Below, one piece after another: positions 62,496 to 64,000 of a stretch of 64,000 bases of DNA (positions are counted from its first letter, which is position 1; every line of letters begins with the position of its first letter). This stretch comes from Amphiscolops sp. MND2022 (lineage: Eukaryota). The translations under genes and the position numbers were made by a program. The notes under the pieces were generated by a model, which saw nothing but the letters and a program-made list of their open reading frames with translations, did no database searches and had not been told where the DNA came from. The DNA is taken from the NCBI GenBank assembly GCA_964187785.1, contig OZ076409.1, forward strand, positions 71,054,001 to 71,118,000, in the 5' to 3' direction.

Positions 62496-64000
62496 GTGGA
62501 GGTTATTTTATAATAATTAATGTGTTTTTTTCCGGAGTTTGTGGCTTTGGAAAAAACAAAAGGCGAGAAATTGGGCACTCCGGGCTGAACCGTATACACT
62601 CAAAATTCGCCCAATATTTATACGATCTCGAAACCCAGCCGTACGATTTGGCTGAAAATTTGCATGCGGCTAAAAAAGCAGATTCTAAGAACTATTTCCT
62701 GCTGACATTTTTTTGAAATTTTTGTGTACGTTTCCCCCCCGCCCCCTAAAGGGGTCAATTTTCCCCAATTTTGCACTTATGAGTCAAATTCTCAAAACTG
62801 GTGGATCTGAGCGTGTTCCCGGCGGGGACAACTTTTAACAAGCGCTCTTCAGTAGACCTGTTTGACTTTTTACTTTGGTGGTACGTTCACCCCCCAAGGA
62901 GGAAATGATGTTTTTGTGACTTCCGGTCGAGACTTTTTTCACCCAAAAAATCGAAATTAGCCAGTTTTGAGCAGGAAGGAGTGGATTTAAAGTGTCTGTA
63001 CCCTGCTAAAAATTTGTTGGGCGTGTGGCGGCACATCTAATACCAAAACCGGTTTTCACCCCCAAACCCCCCTTGTGACCAAAATTCACCCAACTTTTTT
63101 TTACCTCTGTTTGTAGTTTTTTTTACGAATTTTCGTCTTTTCAATCGGTGAAGAGTTGAATTAGGGGCTGCTGATAGGTTACCAAAGTTCAAGTACACTT
63201 GGAGTGCAACTGAGTGACCCTTTTTGGGCCTCTCGTGTGTTCGGCAATGACCGGAAGTGCTATAAACCCCCCTTTTTTGACGTTTGTTGACCTTCATACT
63301 CGCGCTTAGATGAAGTTTATATCGCGCAAATCCTACAAACCAGTATTAGGATGACATGCTAGCCAACTAGAGAGCAATAAGGAAAACTATACTATACCGG
63401 AAGTAACCCCCCTTGACCGGAAGTTGTCATTTTTGACCGGAAATTGTCCAAAACCTAGCGTGAGAGCAGTTTTTCATTGCTTATAAAGTCAACTTTTTAC
63501 TTTTTTCAATCTGCGCGAGCTTGGCTTCAGGTTCGTTAGTGTTGCCCGTGCACACTGCAACAAATATACATCTGTAAAATTTTCGCTATAATATTGTCGG
63601 AGAGAGAAATAACGGGTTTTTGGGATTTTTTTTTTCAAAAATATTAGTCTATGTCTGTCATTTTTACCCAACGTTATTGAACAGTAGAACCACAGGGGTT
63701 AGTCTTTGCCCAAATATATGCCTAACAAAACCACTTGTCCCAGTGGTTGCAGTTTGAGCGTTCTAGCTTTGCCTGGTCACAAGTTAGGGGACTTGAAAAA
63801 GTTTCCAAATTATTTCCGAAGTTTTTTTCTAAACGTCACGTCTCCCAAAGTTAGGAAACTTCCTCACAACTACGACTACAAGTGAATGCATGTGGTAAGA
63901 CCTATAAATGGAGATAAAAACTCCGTTTAAAACGTCTCTTTATCGTAACGTGACGTTAAGAGGTGTTGCTTTGAATATGAGTTTGTTAAAGCGTCGAGAA
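62496..64000 (+). mobile_element. Partial, highly diverged class K unit (C-like front, F-like back)
   Basis: Starts GTGGAGG after CTAG. 62623-63450 resembles class C. From about 63720 it resembles the 1.3-kb central block and the class F back half (CAAGTGAATGCATGTGG). Confidence 0.55.

Larger units (their letters stand above)
1..64000 (+). repeat. Heterogeneous head-to-tail tandem array: 41 complete and 2 partial non-coding units joined at CTAG|GTG
   Basis: The block CAACGCCC..GGCATGCCGAGGCATGCC.TTCGACGAC..CTAGGTG recurs 42 times on the same strand. Last base of each CTAG: 1359, 2628, 3896, 6695, 8084, 9359, 10648, 11917, 13198, 14480, 15752, 17022, 18302, 19584, 20872, 22163, 23434, 24703, 25969, 27258, 28546, 29811, 31093, 32366, 34337, 35623, 36911, 38197, 39486, 40777, 42040, 43307, 45280, 47345, 49336, 51324, 53296, 55270, 57242, 58531, 60524, 62495. 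The array runs off both window edges. Confidence 0.97.

Noticed and set aside
407..63671. All other 60-158 aa ORFs in the track
   Set aside because: They are short, overlap in several frames, shift with homopolymer length between copies, and many cross unit joints. None shows transposase, Rep, RT or recombinase motifs.
1..64000. rDNA, 5S, snRNA, SL RNA or tRNA tandem cluster
   Set aside because: I recognised no such gene sequence, cloverleaf or Pol III A/B boxes. An Rfam search is still needed to exclude a divergent family.

Overview
This window is entirely non-coding: I find no credible protein, rRNA or tRNA genes. All 64 kb is one head-to-tail, same-strand array of 41 complete and 2 partial units. 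The units fall into several diverged classes: about 1.26-1.29 kb (my labels A, D, F; 29 units), about 1.97-2.07 kb (H; 10 complete units plus 1 partial), and singletons of 2.8 kb (B), 1.39 kb (C) and >1.5 kb (K). It is not a simple satellite. Classes are interleaved aperiodically, yet all 42 joints fall on the same 7-mer, CTAG|GTG. Units share one layout: 5' GTG, two small covarying hairpins (the second with loop (T/G)AGGG(T/C)), a hypervariable window of about 48 nt, a class-specific body, one of two unrelated ~44-nt bulged hairpins, paired CAACGCC repeats ~20 bp apart, the palindrome GGGCATGCCGAGGCATGCCC, a short variable tail, and CTAG 3'. Compensatory changes and G-T wobbles point to a folded plus-strand RNA or ssDNA. 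My best inference is a cassette-like array of non-autonomous mobile or structured-RNA elements in a eukaryotic, probably invertebrate, genome. The 3' end is Helitron/rolling-circle-like but non-canonical, and each unit carries a guide-like variable segment. No mobilising enzyme is encoded here, so the mechanism is unproven. Coordinates and counts were read by eye.
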